A DNA stretch of 64,000 bases from Chloroflexota bacterium (GCA_016875635.1 VGPD01000007.1:902-64901), one strand, 5' to 3'. Counted from the first letter of the stretch, positions 20,363-28,504 are shown. The notes: generated from the letters alone by a model not told the origin. Translations and numbers: made by a program.

Positions 20363-22006
20363 CTACCGGGCCAGCTCGACGAAGCGGAGACGCGGCACCA
20401 CCATCGGCGGTTCGAACCAGTTCTTCACAGAGTCCTTGACCACCACATGCGCCTGGGAGAAGTAGAGCGGCAACCACGCGGCGTCGTCCAGGATCTTTTT
20501 CTCCACCTGCCGGTAGAGATCGAGCCGGCGGTTCGCGTTCGCCTCGGTACGGGCGGCGTCGAGCAACTTGTCGACCTCGGGATTCTTGTACCCGACATCG
20601 TTCAGTGGCGAACCGGAATGGAACTTGACGTCCAGGATGTCCTCGGGGTCCGGATAGTCCATGATCCAGCCGGCATTGAACGCCTGCAGCCGCCCCGCGT
20701 CCTGGTCCGCAAGGAACGTGGCAAAGTCCGTCTGCCGAATGCTGATGGTCAGCCCGATCTTTTTCCACAGCTCGAGGAACGCCTGCGTGTCGATACCCGC
20801 CTCGGCGCCGGCCCCGACCTCGCTGATCTCTATCGGGGGCATCTTGCCGGCGTACTTGGACTTCGCCAGTTCCGCCTTTGCCGCCTCGATGTTGTACGAG
20901 AGCGTCTTGTCGTCCGGGGTGTATCCAGGCATTTCCGGCATCAAGATCCCGGTCGCCGGCTGCAGCATGTTCTTGAACGTGACTTCCGCGACCCGTTTGC
21001 GGTCGATAGCCATACCCATCGCCCGACGGACAGCCACGTCGTCGAACGGCGGGACGCCGTTATTGAACGCGATGTATGCGATCGAGAACTGCGGCCAAGC
21101 CTTGTAGACTTTGTTCAGGTCGCTTTTCGAGTCGCGTGCGCGGTCAATGTCATTAACGGAGATATTCGCGATATCGAGTTCGTTGTTCTCGAAACGGGTC
21201 AGGGCGGAACCCCCGGAAAGGAGGTAGTTCACTTCCTTCAGCTTCGGGGTACCGAGGTGGAACTTCGCGTTCGCCTCCAGCACGATCCGCTCGCCCAGTC
21301 GCCACTCCATCAGCCTGTACGGCCCGGTGCCATTCGGCTTGCGCGACCAGTTGCGCGGGTTGCTCTCGATCTGGCTCTTGTCCACAACAAACGCCGTGGG
21401 GTAGGTCAATTTCGCCAGGAAGTACGGCTTGGCGGCATCGATCGTGAACCGCACATGACGGTCATCGATGACCTGCACACCCTTCACGTCTTTCGCGACG
21501 CCGGCGAAGTGCTCTCGCACACCGAGGATGTCGCCGAGGTACGCGAGGGCAGTGGGCGAGGCCAACTCCTTCGAGGACGCTCGCTCGATCGAATACTTGA
21601 CGTCCGTCGCTGTGACCTTCCGGCCGCTGTGGAACACGGCATCAGCCCGCAGCGTGAACGTGTACTGCTTCCCGTCCGGGGAGATGTCGACCTTCTCCGC
21701 CAGGTCCATCTCGATGTCCAGCTTCGGGGAGAGCGTCACGAGGCCACCGAATATCTCGACGATGTACTCGGCGGAGGTCGCGTCGCCGGCGATGTGCGGG
21801 TCAAGCGTGACCGGGTCGGTGCCGGGAAGACGCAACGCCCCTTTGGCATCACCCCCACCTGTCCTCGTTCCCGATGAGGTCGTGGTGCCGCTCCCGCTGT
21901 CCTCGCTCTTGCCCCCGAGGAGCAAGACAGCGGAGAGGCCGCCGACAACGAGGACGAGCGCAGCGAGGACGCCGAGCAAGACGGCGAGCAGACGGTTCTG
22001 GCTCAT
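20363..22006 (-). CDS. ABC transporter substrate-binding protein, family 5 (peptide/nickel type)
   Basis: N-terminal TM anchor followed by an SBP_bac_5-like body, about 547 aa. First gene of the transporter operon. Confidence 0.85.
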   Translation of the reverse strand: MSQNRLLAVLLGVLAALVLVVGGLSAVLLLGGKSEDSGSGTTTSSGTRTGGGDAKGALRLPGTDPVTLDPHIAGDATSAEYIVEIFGGLVTLSPKLDIEMDLAEKVDISPDGKQYTFTLRADAVFHSGRKVTATDVKYSIERASSKELASPTALAYLGDILGVREHFAGVAKDVKGVQVIDDRHVRFTIDAAKPYFLAKLTYPTAFVVDKSQIESNPRNWSRKPNGTGPYRLMEWRLGERIVLEANAKFHLGTPKLKEVNYLLSGGSALTRFENNELDIANISVNDIDRARDSKSDLNKVYKAWPQFSIAYIAFNNGVPPFDDVAVRRAMGMAIDRKRVAEVTFKNMLQPATGILMPEMPGYTPDDKTLSYNIEAAKAELAKSKYAGKMPPIEISEVGAGAEAGIDTQAFLELWKKIGLTISIRQTDFATFLADQDAGRLQAFNAGWIMDYPDPEDILDVKFHSGSPLNDVGYKNPEVDKLLDAARTEANANRRLDLYRQVEKKILDDAAWLPLYFSQAHVVVKDSVKNWFEPPMVVPRLRFVELAR

Positions 22007-22123
22007 TCAACCTGGCCTTCCGGGCGGGCGACGCGTCAGGCCTCGCGGCGTCCACTGGGGCGGAGCGAATCGAAGCATATCGCAGCGGCACCGGCAGCGG
22101 TGGCCAGTCCGAGGCGTCCTGGC

Positions 22124-23971
22124 TTATTCGGTAGACGCGGCCCCCGCCCGTTGCTCCGCCAGCGCCTCCTCGGCGTCCGGGGCCAACCGGATGTGGACGT
22201 CGCGCAGCTGGCGCTCAGAGACCGGGGCGGGCGCTCCCGTCATCGGGTCACCAGCGGACTTCGTCTTCGGGAATGCGATGACCTCCCGGATGTCCCGCTC
22301 ACCGGCGAAAAGCGCGACGGTACGGTCGATGCCCGGAGCGATGCCGCCATGGGGCGGTGCGCCGTAGGAGAACGCCTCCAGCATGTGGCCGAACTTCAGC
22401 TTCGCCTCGTCCAGCGTCAGGCCGAGTGTCCGCAACACCGCGAGTTGCACTTCACGCGAATGGATACGGATCGAGCCGGAACCGATCTCCTGGCCGTTGC
22501 AGACGATGTCGTAGGCGTGCGACCGAACACTACCGGGATCGCGCTCCAGAAGGGGGATGTCGTCGGTGAACGGCGAGGTGAAGAGGTGGTGGACGGCGCT
22601 CCACTTCTCCTCGTCTGCATCCCACTCGAACGCCGGGAACTGCGTCACGAACAGGAAGGAGAGCGCCGCAGGGTCAGCAAGACCTCGCTGTTCCGCGACC
22701 GTCCGGCGCAGCAGGTCCAGCACCTTCGAGCTCAGCGCGTCCGGTCCTGCCGCGATGAGCAGCAGGTCGCCCCGGCGTGCCCCGCAGGCCTGGCCGAGGG
22801 CCGCCGCCTGCTCCGGCGTGAAGAATCGCGCCGCCGGCGACTTCACCTCGTCCGCGGTCAACCCGTCCAGCGGGCCCTCCCCGGCAAACTGGAACCAAAC
22901 GATCCCGGACGCACCGGCCGCCCGCGCCAACTCGACGTATTCGTCGAGTCCGCGACGGCCGACGTCCGCGCCGCTGGGCACGGCGAAACCGCGTACGCGC
23001 CCACCCGCTTCGATCGCCTGAGTGAACACACGGAATTCGGCGGTGCGGACGAGACCCGTGAGGTCATGGAGTTCGAGCCCGTACCGGAGGTCGGGCTTGT
23101 CGGAGCCATATCGCTCCATCACCTCCGCGAAGGTGAAACGAGGGAACCGCGCGGGGATCGTCCACTCCGGACGGACCTCCTCAGCCAGCCGGTGGTAGAG
23201 GTCTTCCGTGAGGTCGAGGATGTCCTCTTCCTCGACGAACGCCATCTCCACGTCCAACTGGGTGAACTCAGGCTGACGGTCGGCCCGGAGGTCCTCGTCG
23301 CGGTAGCAGCGCGCGATCTGGAAGTACTTGTCCACGCCGCCCACCATCAGCAGCTGCTTCCACTGTTGCGGGCTCTGCGGCAGTGCGTAGAACGAGCCGG
23401 GGTGCACACGGCTGGGCACGAGGTAGTCGCGCGCGCCCTCCGGTGTGGCGAGATTGAGGACGGGCGTCTCCACTTCGATGAAGCCGCGCTCGTCCATGAA
23501 GTCACGCATCAACTTCACCACACGGTGGCGCAGGCGCAAGTTCCCCGCCATCCGTTCGCGACGCAGGTCGAGGTAGCGGTAGCGCAGCCGCGTCACCTCG
23601 TCGACGTTGGTCTCCTGGTTGACCGGAAACGGCGGCGTCTCGGCGGCGTTGAGGATCTCCGCGGACGCGGCCAGCACTTCGATGGCGCCGGTGGACAGCT
23701 CCGGGTTTTCCGTACCCGCGCGGCGCGCGGTGACCTCACCATGGATGCCGAGCACGTATTCGTTCCGGACTTCCGCTGCCACCGCCGAGGCCGCAGGCTC
23801 CTGTTCCGGGTGGAACACAACCTGCACCAGCCCCGTGGAGTCGCGCAGGTCGAGGAAGATCAGACCACCGTGATCCCGCCGGCGATGCACCCATCCCGCG
23901 AGCGTCACTTGCTCGCCGGCGTGCTCCGCCCGCAGTTCACCGCATCCGTGGCTCTTCAACACCTCGTGCAC
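22124..23971 (-). CDS. aspS: aspartate--tRNA ligase
   Basis: OB-fold start GWVHRRRDHGGLIFLDLRD, class II motifs, GAD insertion. GTG start at 23971. Confidence 0.95.
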   Translation of the reverse strand: MHEVLKSHGCGELRAEHAGEQVTLAGWVHRRRDHGGLIFLDLRDSTGLVQVVFHPEQEPAASAVAAEVRNEYVLGIHGEVTARRAGTENPELSTGAIEVLAASAEILNAAETPPFPVNQETNVDEVTRLRYRYLDLRRERMAGNLRLRHRVVKLMRDFMDERGFIEVETPVLNLATPEGARDYLVPSRVHPGSFYALPQSPQQWKQLLMVGGVDKYFQIARCYRDEDLRADRQPEFTQLDVEMAFVEEEDILDLTEDLYHRLAEEVRPEWTIPARFPRFTFAEVMERYGSDKPDLRYGLELHDLTGLVRTAEFRVFTQAIEAGGRVRGFAVPSGADVGRRGLDEYVELARAAGASGIVWFQFAGEGPLDGLTADEVKSPAARFFTPEQAAALGQACGARRGDLLLIAAGPDALSSKVLDLLRRTVAEQRGLADPAALSFLFVTQFPAFEWDADEEKWSAVHHLFTSPFTDDIPLLERDPGSVRSHAYDIVCNGQEIGSGSIRIHSREVQLAVLRTLGLTLDEAKLKFGHMLEAFSYGAPPHGGIAPGIDRTVALFAGERDIREVIAFPKTKSAGDPMTGAPAPVSERQLRDVHIRLAPDAEEALAEQRAGAASTE

Positions 23972-24234
23972 CTCGCGGCTCGCGCCCCGGCGATCTGCCA
24001 GGGTGATCCGCCGCAGTGTCGCACGCTGCGCCGGGAGGTTCGAGGACAGGCACGTCGCTAGCTGTTTCCGAAGAATTGCTCGGGGGTGATCTCCAGCGCC
24101 ACCCGCTTCGCCTCATCCAGCTGCTTCGAAAGGGCCGCCAAGTCGGCGTCGGGGCGGGAGCGGATTGCCCATCGCGGCGCGGACCGAGGCGATCACGGCA
24201 TCCCGGGCCGGGCCACCGGGGATACCATCGACCG

Positions 24235-24453
24235 TCCTCCGAGTTCGGAGACAAGTACCCGGTCGCGGATGCCACGGTCGCGGTGGACAGCCTGAACGTC
24301 GATTGGGACGCGCAGGCCGTGAAGTCGGCGGCGTCGTACCTCAAACTCACGGGCTTCTCGTGCCAGGGACTCATCGATCAGCTCTCGTCGCAGCACGGCG
24401 AGAAGTTCACCGTGGCTCAGGCGAGGCACGGCGCCACGCAGGCTGGTTTATGA
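24235..24453 (+). pseudogene. 5'-truncated Ltp-family (host cell surface-exposed lipoprotein) fragment
   Basis: Only the last ~70 codons of ORF 24016..24453 have high GC3. They read ATVAVDSLNVDWDAQAVKSAASYLKLTGFSCQGLIDQLSSQHGEKFTVAQARHGATQAGL, a typical Ltp repeat. No signal peptide or lipobox upstream. Confidence 0.6.
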
Positions 24454-24605
24454 TGAGAGTCGCCCATTGACCGCCGCCGCCTTCCTCGCCTCGATCTTCC
24501 TCGGCTGGTTCATCCTCGGCGCCGCCGGCATGACCATGTGGATCAACCGACCGAAGCCACCACGCGGTGGCCATCGGATTCCTTCGGATCTGCGCCCCCT
24601 CGCAC

Positions 24606-24635
24606 TTGACACAGTCTATACGTATCGTATAGACT
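24606..24635 (+). promoter_or_regulatory. sigma-70-like promoter (TTGACA-16 nt-TATAGA) with embedded perfect inverted-repeat operator
   Basis: TTGACA at 24606-24611 and TATAGA at 24628-24633. Inverted repeat AGTCTATACG-TAT-CGTATAGACT at 24613-24635. ATG 24642 lies 8 nt after the -10, so the mRNA is probably leaderless. Confidence 0.6.
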
Positions 24636-24641
24636 CCGTGC

Positions 24642-25106
24642 ATGGAGATCAGGCTCACCGGACACGCAGACAGCCGCATGAACGACGCGGGCCTCACCCG
24701 CGAAGATGTAGTCTTCATCATTGAGTCGGGCTCGGTCGTCGAGCAGGGCGTCACGGCGTCCCTGCACGAAGCGACCGTCCGAGGTATCCCGTTCCGGGTG
24801 GTGGTGAAGCGAGACTCCGACCCACCGCTCGTGATCACCGTCTTCGAGGTGTACCGATTGAGGGAGACAACCATGCGTATCGAATACGACGGCGAGGCGG
24901 ACGTCCTCCTCGTGCACCTCGCAGAGAACCCCGGCCATACGCGGGGGAAGCAGATCGACGAGCGCCGGATCGTCCACTACGACGACAGCGACCGGCCCGT
25001 CGAGATCGAGCTGCTCTTCGCGTCCCAGGGCGTCGACGTCTCAGGACTCCCGGAGTCCGAGGCGCTCGCCGACCTGCTGCGGTCCTTCCCCCGCCTCGTC
25101 GCGTGA
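24642..25106 (+). CDS. fused DUF4258-like (toxin-like) / DUF2283-like (antitoxin-like) protein; internal start at 24873 could give a free DUF2283 module
   Basis: Residues 1-72 (RLTGHADSRMNDAGLTREDVVFIIESG...PPLVITVF) are DUF4258-like. Residues 78-154 (MRIEYDGEADVLLVHL...DRPVEIELLFAS) are DUF2283-like. No stop between them. SD GAGGGAG lies 6 nt before ATG 24873. Confidence 0.7.
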   Translation: MEIRLTGHADSRMNDAGLTREDVVFIIESGSVVEQGVTASLHEATVRGIPFRVVVKRDSDPPLVITVFEVYRLRETTMRIEYDGEADVLLVHLAENPGHTRGKQIDERRIVHYDDSDRPVEIELLFASQGVDVSGLPESEALADLLRSFPRLVA

Positions 25107-25315
25107 GTGGCGAGGATGTGTCCTCCTGGCTCCCGTCCGCCCGCGAGAGGCTCGGGCTGAGCCAGGCTGAGCTCGCCGACCGCCTCGGTGCCTCTGCGAA
25201 CACGGTCGCGCGGTGGGAGCGCGGGGAGTTGAAGGTGCGCCTGGCGCCGATGCTCCGGCTCGCCCTCGAGGCTCTCGCCCGGCCAGCGTCACGGGTGAGC
25301 CGGCCGCGCGGGTGA
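25103..25315 (+). CDS. XRE-family helix-turn-helix transcriptional regulator
   Basis: HTH LGLSQAELADRLGASANTVARWERGE. GTG start overlaps the upstream stop (GTGA). Confidence 0.8.
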   Translation: MSGEDVSSWLPSARERLGLSQAELADRLGASANTVARWERGELKVRLAPMLRLALEALARPASRVSRPRG

Positions 25316-25316
25316 C

Positions 25317-25367
25317 CGGCGGGAGCGGACCGGCGCGGCGGGGGTTGGCTGACCGGCGCTCCCGCCG
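25317..25367 (+). terminator. long GC-rich hairpin after the XRE gene (possible terminator, no U-tract)
   Basis: 11-bp arms CGGCGGGAGCG and CGCTCCCGCCG, immediately after the stop at 25315. Confidence 0.3.
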
Positions 25368-25424
25368 TCACCACCCACCCTTGCTCATCGAGGCCAGAGG
25401 TCTAAGGGGCAGATGGCGCGCGTA

Positions 25425-25874
25425 CTACCGCTTCGGATTCTTCAGCGTCTCGACCGTCGTCGTCGTCGGACGGCTTTTCGCTTCCTTCACGGCGATGAAC
25501 TCACCGTTCCTCGCGTCGCGGCCAATCTTTCGGATCCCAGGCATGTCACTGTCCTCTGCACTACGCGCTCGTTTCGGGCCGGGGTTGGACTCGGACGGAG
25601 CACATCCGCTCCGCCCGAGTCGCCCGGCTAGGCGGCCCGTCCCATAGATCACAAGCTGCTTCCGACCATCCGGGATCAGCAGCGCGACCTTTGGCTGACG
25701 GCGCGTGTTCGTCCACTTCGCCCGGTCGCTCGTGACCGAGATCAGGATGTGCGCGCGGTCGAAGCGATAGTTGACCATCGACAGTTGCGGAGAGCCATCC
25801 CGCTTGCCGGTGCCAAGCACCGCCAACTGGTGGCCCTCCAAGTACTGGCGCTGCTCATCGGTGAATTCCATCAC
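25425..25874 (-). pseudogene. chimeric ORF: N-terminal ~85 residues of a PPOX-class (pyridoxamine-phosphate-oxidase-like / F420-type split barrel) protein, continued in frame into an unrelated short basic module
   Basis: EFTDEQRQYLEGHQLAVLGTGKRDGSPQLSMVNYRF...VALLIPDGRKQLVIYG is PPOX-like, but the C-terminal half of the barrel is missing. The last 40 codons (ATG 25544, MPGIRKIGRDARNGEFIAVKEAKSRPTTTTVETLKNPKR) have high GC3 and look like an independent small gene. Confidence 0.5.
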
Positions 25875-25901
25875 GCCTCCTCAAGTCCCGGTCGAGTGAG
25901 G

Positions 25902-26906
25902 CTATCGCCCGAGGCGCAGCCGTCGCCATCCACCCCGCTGCGCCACGGTGCCGCCGAGGGCGGTCCCGAGACCGACCAGCGCCAGAATGATGATCGCCGC
26001 CATCGCACCTTCGAACGTCCGGAAGACGACGATGCCGATGTACTCGTACAGCGTGAGCGCCGCGAAGACGACGGCGACACGCTGCCGCGCCACGACCGCC
26101 GCGACGGCCAGCCAGACCGCGTACGCGAACAGCAACCCCTCGTACGCCCCGCCCTCGCCGATCGCGAGGACGACACCTGCCACATTCGCGACCGCCAGCG
26201 CACCGATCTGCCACCAGATGCGCGCGGTGCGATCCAGCCGAAGGGTGGCCTCCGTGAACGCGAGCGCGGCGAGCAGGAGGCCCAGCACCACCATCACCTG
26301 CGCTCCGGCCGTCCCCGGTCCTTCGCTTCTGGCGTCGCCCATCCACCAGCCGAAGACACCACCACCCCAGGCGATCGCGACGGGGACGCCGAGCGCGGCG
26401 AGCGGCGCCGGGAGGCTTCGAGCAGCGGCGTAGCCGGCGACCGCACCGACGGCCGAGGTGAGGAAGAAGGCCGTCCGCATCTCGGCCGGCGTCGAGTCGT
26501 CGCCCAGCCAGCCAACCGCGCTACTGGCCTGCAGCGAGGCCGCGTACCAGAGGACGGCAGCGCTGAACCCCAGCGCGTCCGCCGCCGCCGTCCCCCCCGC
26601 CTTCGCAAGCAGCCACGCCAGCGCCGTCCAGCCAGCCGCAACGGCCACCATCACCCCGAACCGTGACCAGCCGGACATGCCATCGAGCACGGTGAAGTAG
26701 ATGCCGAAGACGGCGCCGAGGGCGACGAGCGAACAGGCGTACTGGAGCAGAACGCCACCGCTCAGGCCTCGCGCGGCCGGGACCGGGGCCAGCGAATCGA
26801 TCCCCTCGTGCGCGGCGATCGCGCCAGCCTGCTCGGCCGAGATCAGGCCGGCTTCAGCCCAGCGGTCCAGCGAATCCACGAGGTCGCGCTCATCGAGGTG
26901 GCCCAT
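25902..26906 (-). CDS. DUF2157-like polytopic membrane protein
   Basis: N-terminal soluble segment LDRWAEAGLISAEQAGAIAAHEG followed by about 9 TM helices. Confidence 0.65.
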   Translation of the reverse strand: MGHLDERDLVDSLDRWAEAGLISAEQAGAIAAHEGIDSLAPVPAARGLSGGVLLQYACSLVALGAVFGIYFTVLDGMSGWSRFGVMVAVAAGWTALAWLLAKAGGTAAADALGFSAAVLWYAASLQASSAVGWLGDDSTPAEMRTAFFLTSAVGAVAGYAAARSLPAPLAALGVPVAIAWGGGVFGWWMGDARSEGPGTAGAQVMVVLGLLLAALAFTEATLRLDRTARIWWQIGALAVANVAGVVLAIGEGGAYEGLLFAYAVWLAVAAVVARQRVAVVFAALTLYEYIGIVVFRTFEGAMAAIIILALVGLGTALGGTVAQRGGWRRLRLGR

Positions 26907-26979
26907 GCCAGGAATCGTACGGCGTGCACCGCCGGGACGGCGGATGGAGCGGGCGGGGGGCGGCTGTTACCCTCGGTAC

Positions 26980-28215
26980 ATGGCCTCGACAAGCCCCGTG
27001 GGACAGCAGACAGTACGGATGTCGGGGGGAAAGCCTGCGCTCGCCCTCTACCTCCACATCCCGTTCTGCTCGTCCAAGTGCGGCTACTGTGACTTCAACT
27101 CCTACGAGGGGCTGGAGCACCTCGTCCCGGAGTACACCCCGGCGCTGGTCCACGAACTCGAGCTCTGGGCGCCCGCCGCCCGCACCTTCGGCGTAGACAC
27201 GGTCTTCTTCGGCGGCGGCACTCCCAGCCTGACCACGCTCGATGACATGAGCGCGATCGTTGCCGCCGTCCGCGAACAGTACGACATCGCTCCAGACGCC
27301 GAGTGGACGCTGGAGGCGAACCCGACCGAACTCACACGCGAACACCTCGAAGGGCTGCGCCACCTCGGCATCAACCGTCTCTCGATGGGCGTCCAGTCGA
27401 TGCGACCGGATGAACTGGAACTGCTGGAGCGCGCGCACACGCCGGAACGCGTCGTGCAGGCCGTCGAAGACGCACGCGCAGCGGGATTCGACAACCTGAA
27501 CCTCGACCTGATCTTCGGGTTGATCGGCCAGCGCCCCGAGCACTGGCAGGAGACGCTGGAGCGTGTCCTCCAGTTCCGCCCCGAACACCTCTCCTGCTAC
27601 GCCCTCACCGTGGAGCCCGGCACCGCGCTCTACTACCGGGTGCAGAAAGGCCAGCTCCCCGACCCCGACCCTGACATCGCCGCCGAGGAGTACGAGTGGA
27701 CGCGAGAACGGCTCGCACGCGACGGGTACCAGCAGTACGAGATCTCCAACTGGGCGAAGCCCGGCCGGGCGTGCCGCCACAACCTCGTCTACTGGCGTGC
27801 GGAACCGTACCTCGGGTTCGGGGCGGGCGCGCATTCGTTCTTCGCCGGGCAGCGCTTCGCGAACGTCGACGCCCCCAACCGGTATGAGGAGGCCGTGGCC
27901 GCCACGGTGGAAGCGCGCGCCACGACGGGCAGCGCCGCCATGCAGCAGATCGCGGGCGGCGAGACGCCTGACCACACGACCCAGATGGCGGACGCGATGA
28001 TCCTCGGCCTGCGTCTGATGGAGGGCGTCGGGCTCGAAGAGTTCACCACCCGCTTCGGTGCGAGGGTGGAGGATGCGTTCGCGGACGCCCTCGCAAAGCA
28101 CACGCGCCTCGGACTGATCGAGGTGGCAGACGGCCGGCTGCGGCTCACGTCGCGTGGACTGCTGCTCTCCAACGAGGTCTTCGTGGACCTGCTGCCGGAC
28201 CCGCCTGAGGAGTGA
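26980..28215 (+). CDS. hemW: radical SAM heme chaperone HemW (oxygen-independent coproporphyrinogen oxidase-like)
   Basis: LYLHIPFCSSKCGYCDF radical-SAM CxxxCxxC motif and HemN_C-like tail. Start moved from 26701 to ATG 26980, beyond the divergent gene. Confidence 0.88.
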   Translation: MASTSPVGQQTVRMSGGKPALALYLHIPFCSSKCGYCDFNSYEGLEHLVPEYTPALVHELELWAPAARTFGVDTVFFGGGTPSLTTLDDMSAIVAAVREQYDIAPDAEWTLEANPTELTREHLEGLRHLGINRLSMGVQSMRPDELELLERAHTPERVVQAVEDARAAGFDNLNLDLIFGLIGQRPEHWQETLERVLQFRPEHLSCYALTVEPGTALYYRVQKGQLPDPDPDIAAEEYEWTRERLARDGYQQYEISNWAKPGRACRHNLVYWRAEPYLGFGAGAHSFFAGQRFANVDAPNRYEEAVAATVEARATTGSAAMQQIAGGETPDHTTQMADAMILGLRLMEGVGLEEFTTRFGARVEDAFADALAKHTRLGLIEVADGRLRLTSRGLLLSNEVFVDLLPDPPEE

Positions 28216-28218
28216 CGC

Positions 28219-28497
28219 ATGGCGGTGCAGGTCTATCGCTGCTCCCACTGCGGGCGCGAAGTCCTCGTCCGCATCGCCGCGCCGATGACCGAGGCTGAAG
28301 CAGCCCGCCGCCGCGAGGAAGAGATGCGGCCGGTCGTCTCGGGGCCACAGGGCCCCAACTCCTGGAGCGACCGCCTCCGCGACTACATCTGGCTCGGCCT
28401 CTCCGGCCTCGGCGAGATGGTGCCGCGCGAGGAAGTCCCGGCCGAGTGCCCCGCCTGCCGCCGCACGACGCTCGCGGTCGCCCGGGTCATCGAGTAG
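28219..28497 (+). CDS. small zinc-ribbon-like protein (CxxC ... CxxC), function unknown
   Basis: CSHC at residues 8-11 and CPAC at residues 77-80. High GC3. Packed 3 nt after hemW and 7 nt before selB. Confidence 0.5.
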   Translation: MAVQVYRCSHCGREVLVRIAAPMTEAEAARRREEEMRPVVSGPQGPNSWSDRLRDYIWLGLSGLGEMVPREEVPAECPACRRTTLAVARVIE

Positions 28498-28504
28498 CTA
28501 CCGC

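Noticed and set aside
23972-24057. T-box or other leader riboswitch upstream of aspS.
   Set aside because: Only about 86 nt lie between the aspS start and the preceding stop codon. That is too short for a T-box, and no specifier/T-box motif is visible.
24016-24453. Treating the whole 145-aa ORF 24016..24453 as an intact gene.
   Set aside because: The first ~70 codons are Arg/Gly/Pro-rich with poor GC3, and they overlap a better-scoring minus-strand frame. Only the last ~70 codons carry the Ltp-like sequence.
24153-25615. Short imperfect inverted repeat at the edges of the accessory patch, considered as possible element termini: GGCGGGAGCGGAT at 24153-24165 and ATCCGCTCCGCC at 25604-25615.
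   Set aside because: Only 9-12 matching bases with an indel, in GC-rich sequence where such matches are expected by chance. The right copy is also part of a local hairpin. There is no transposase or integrase to go with it.
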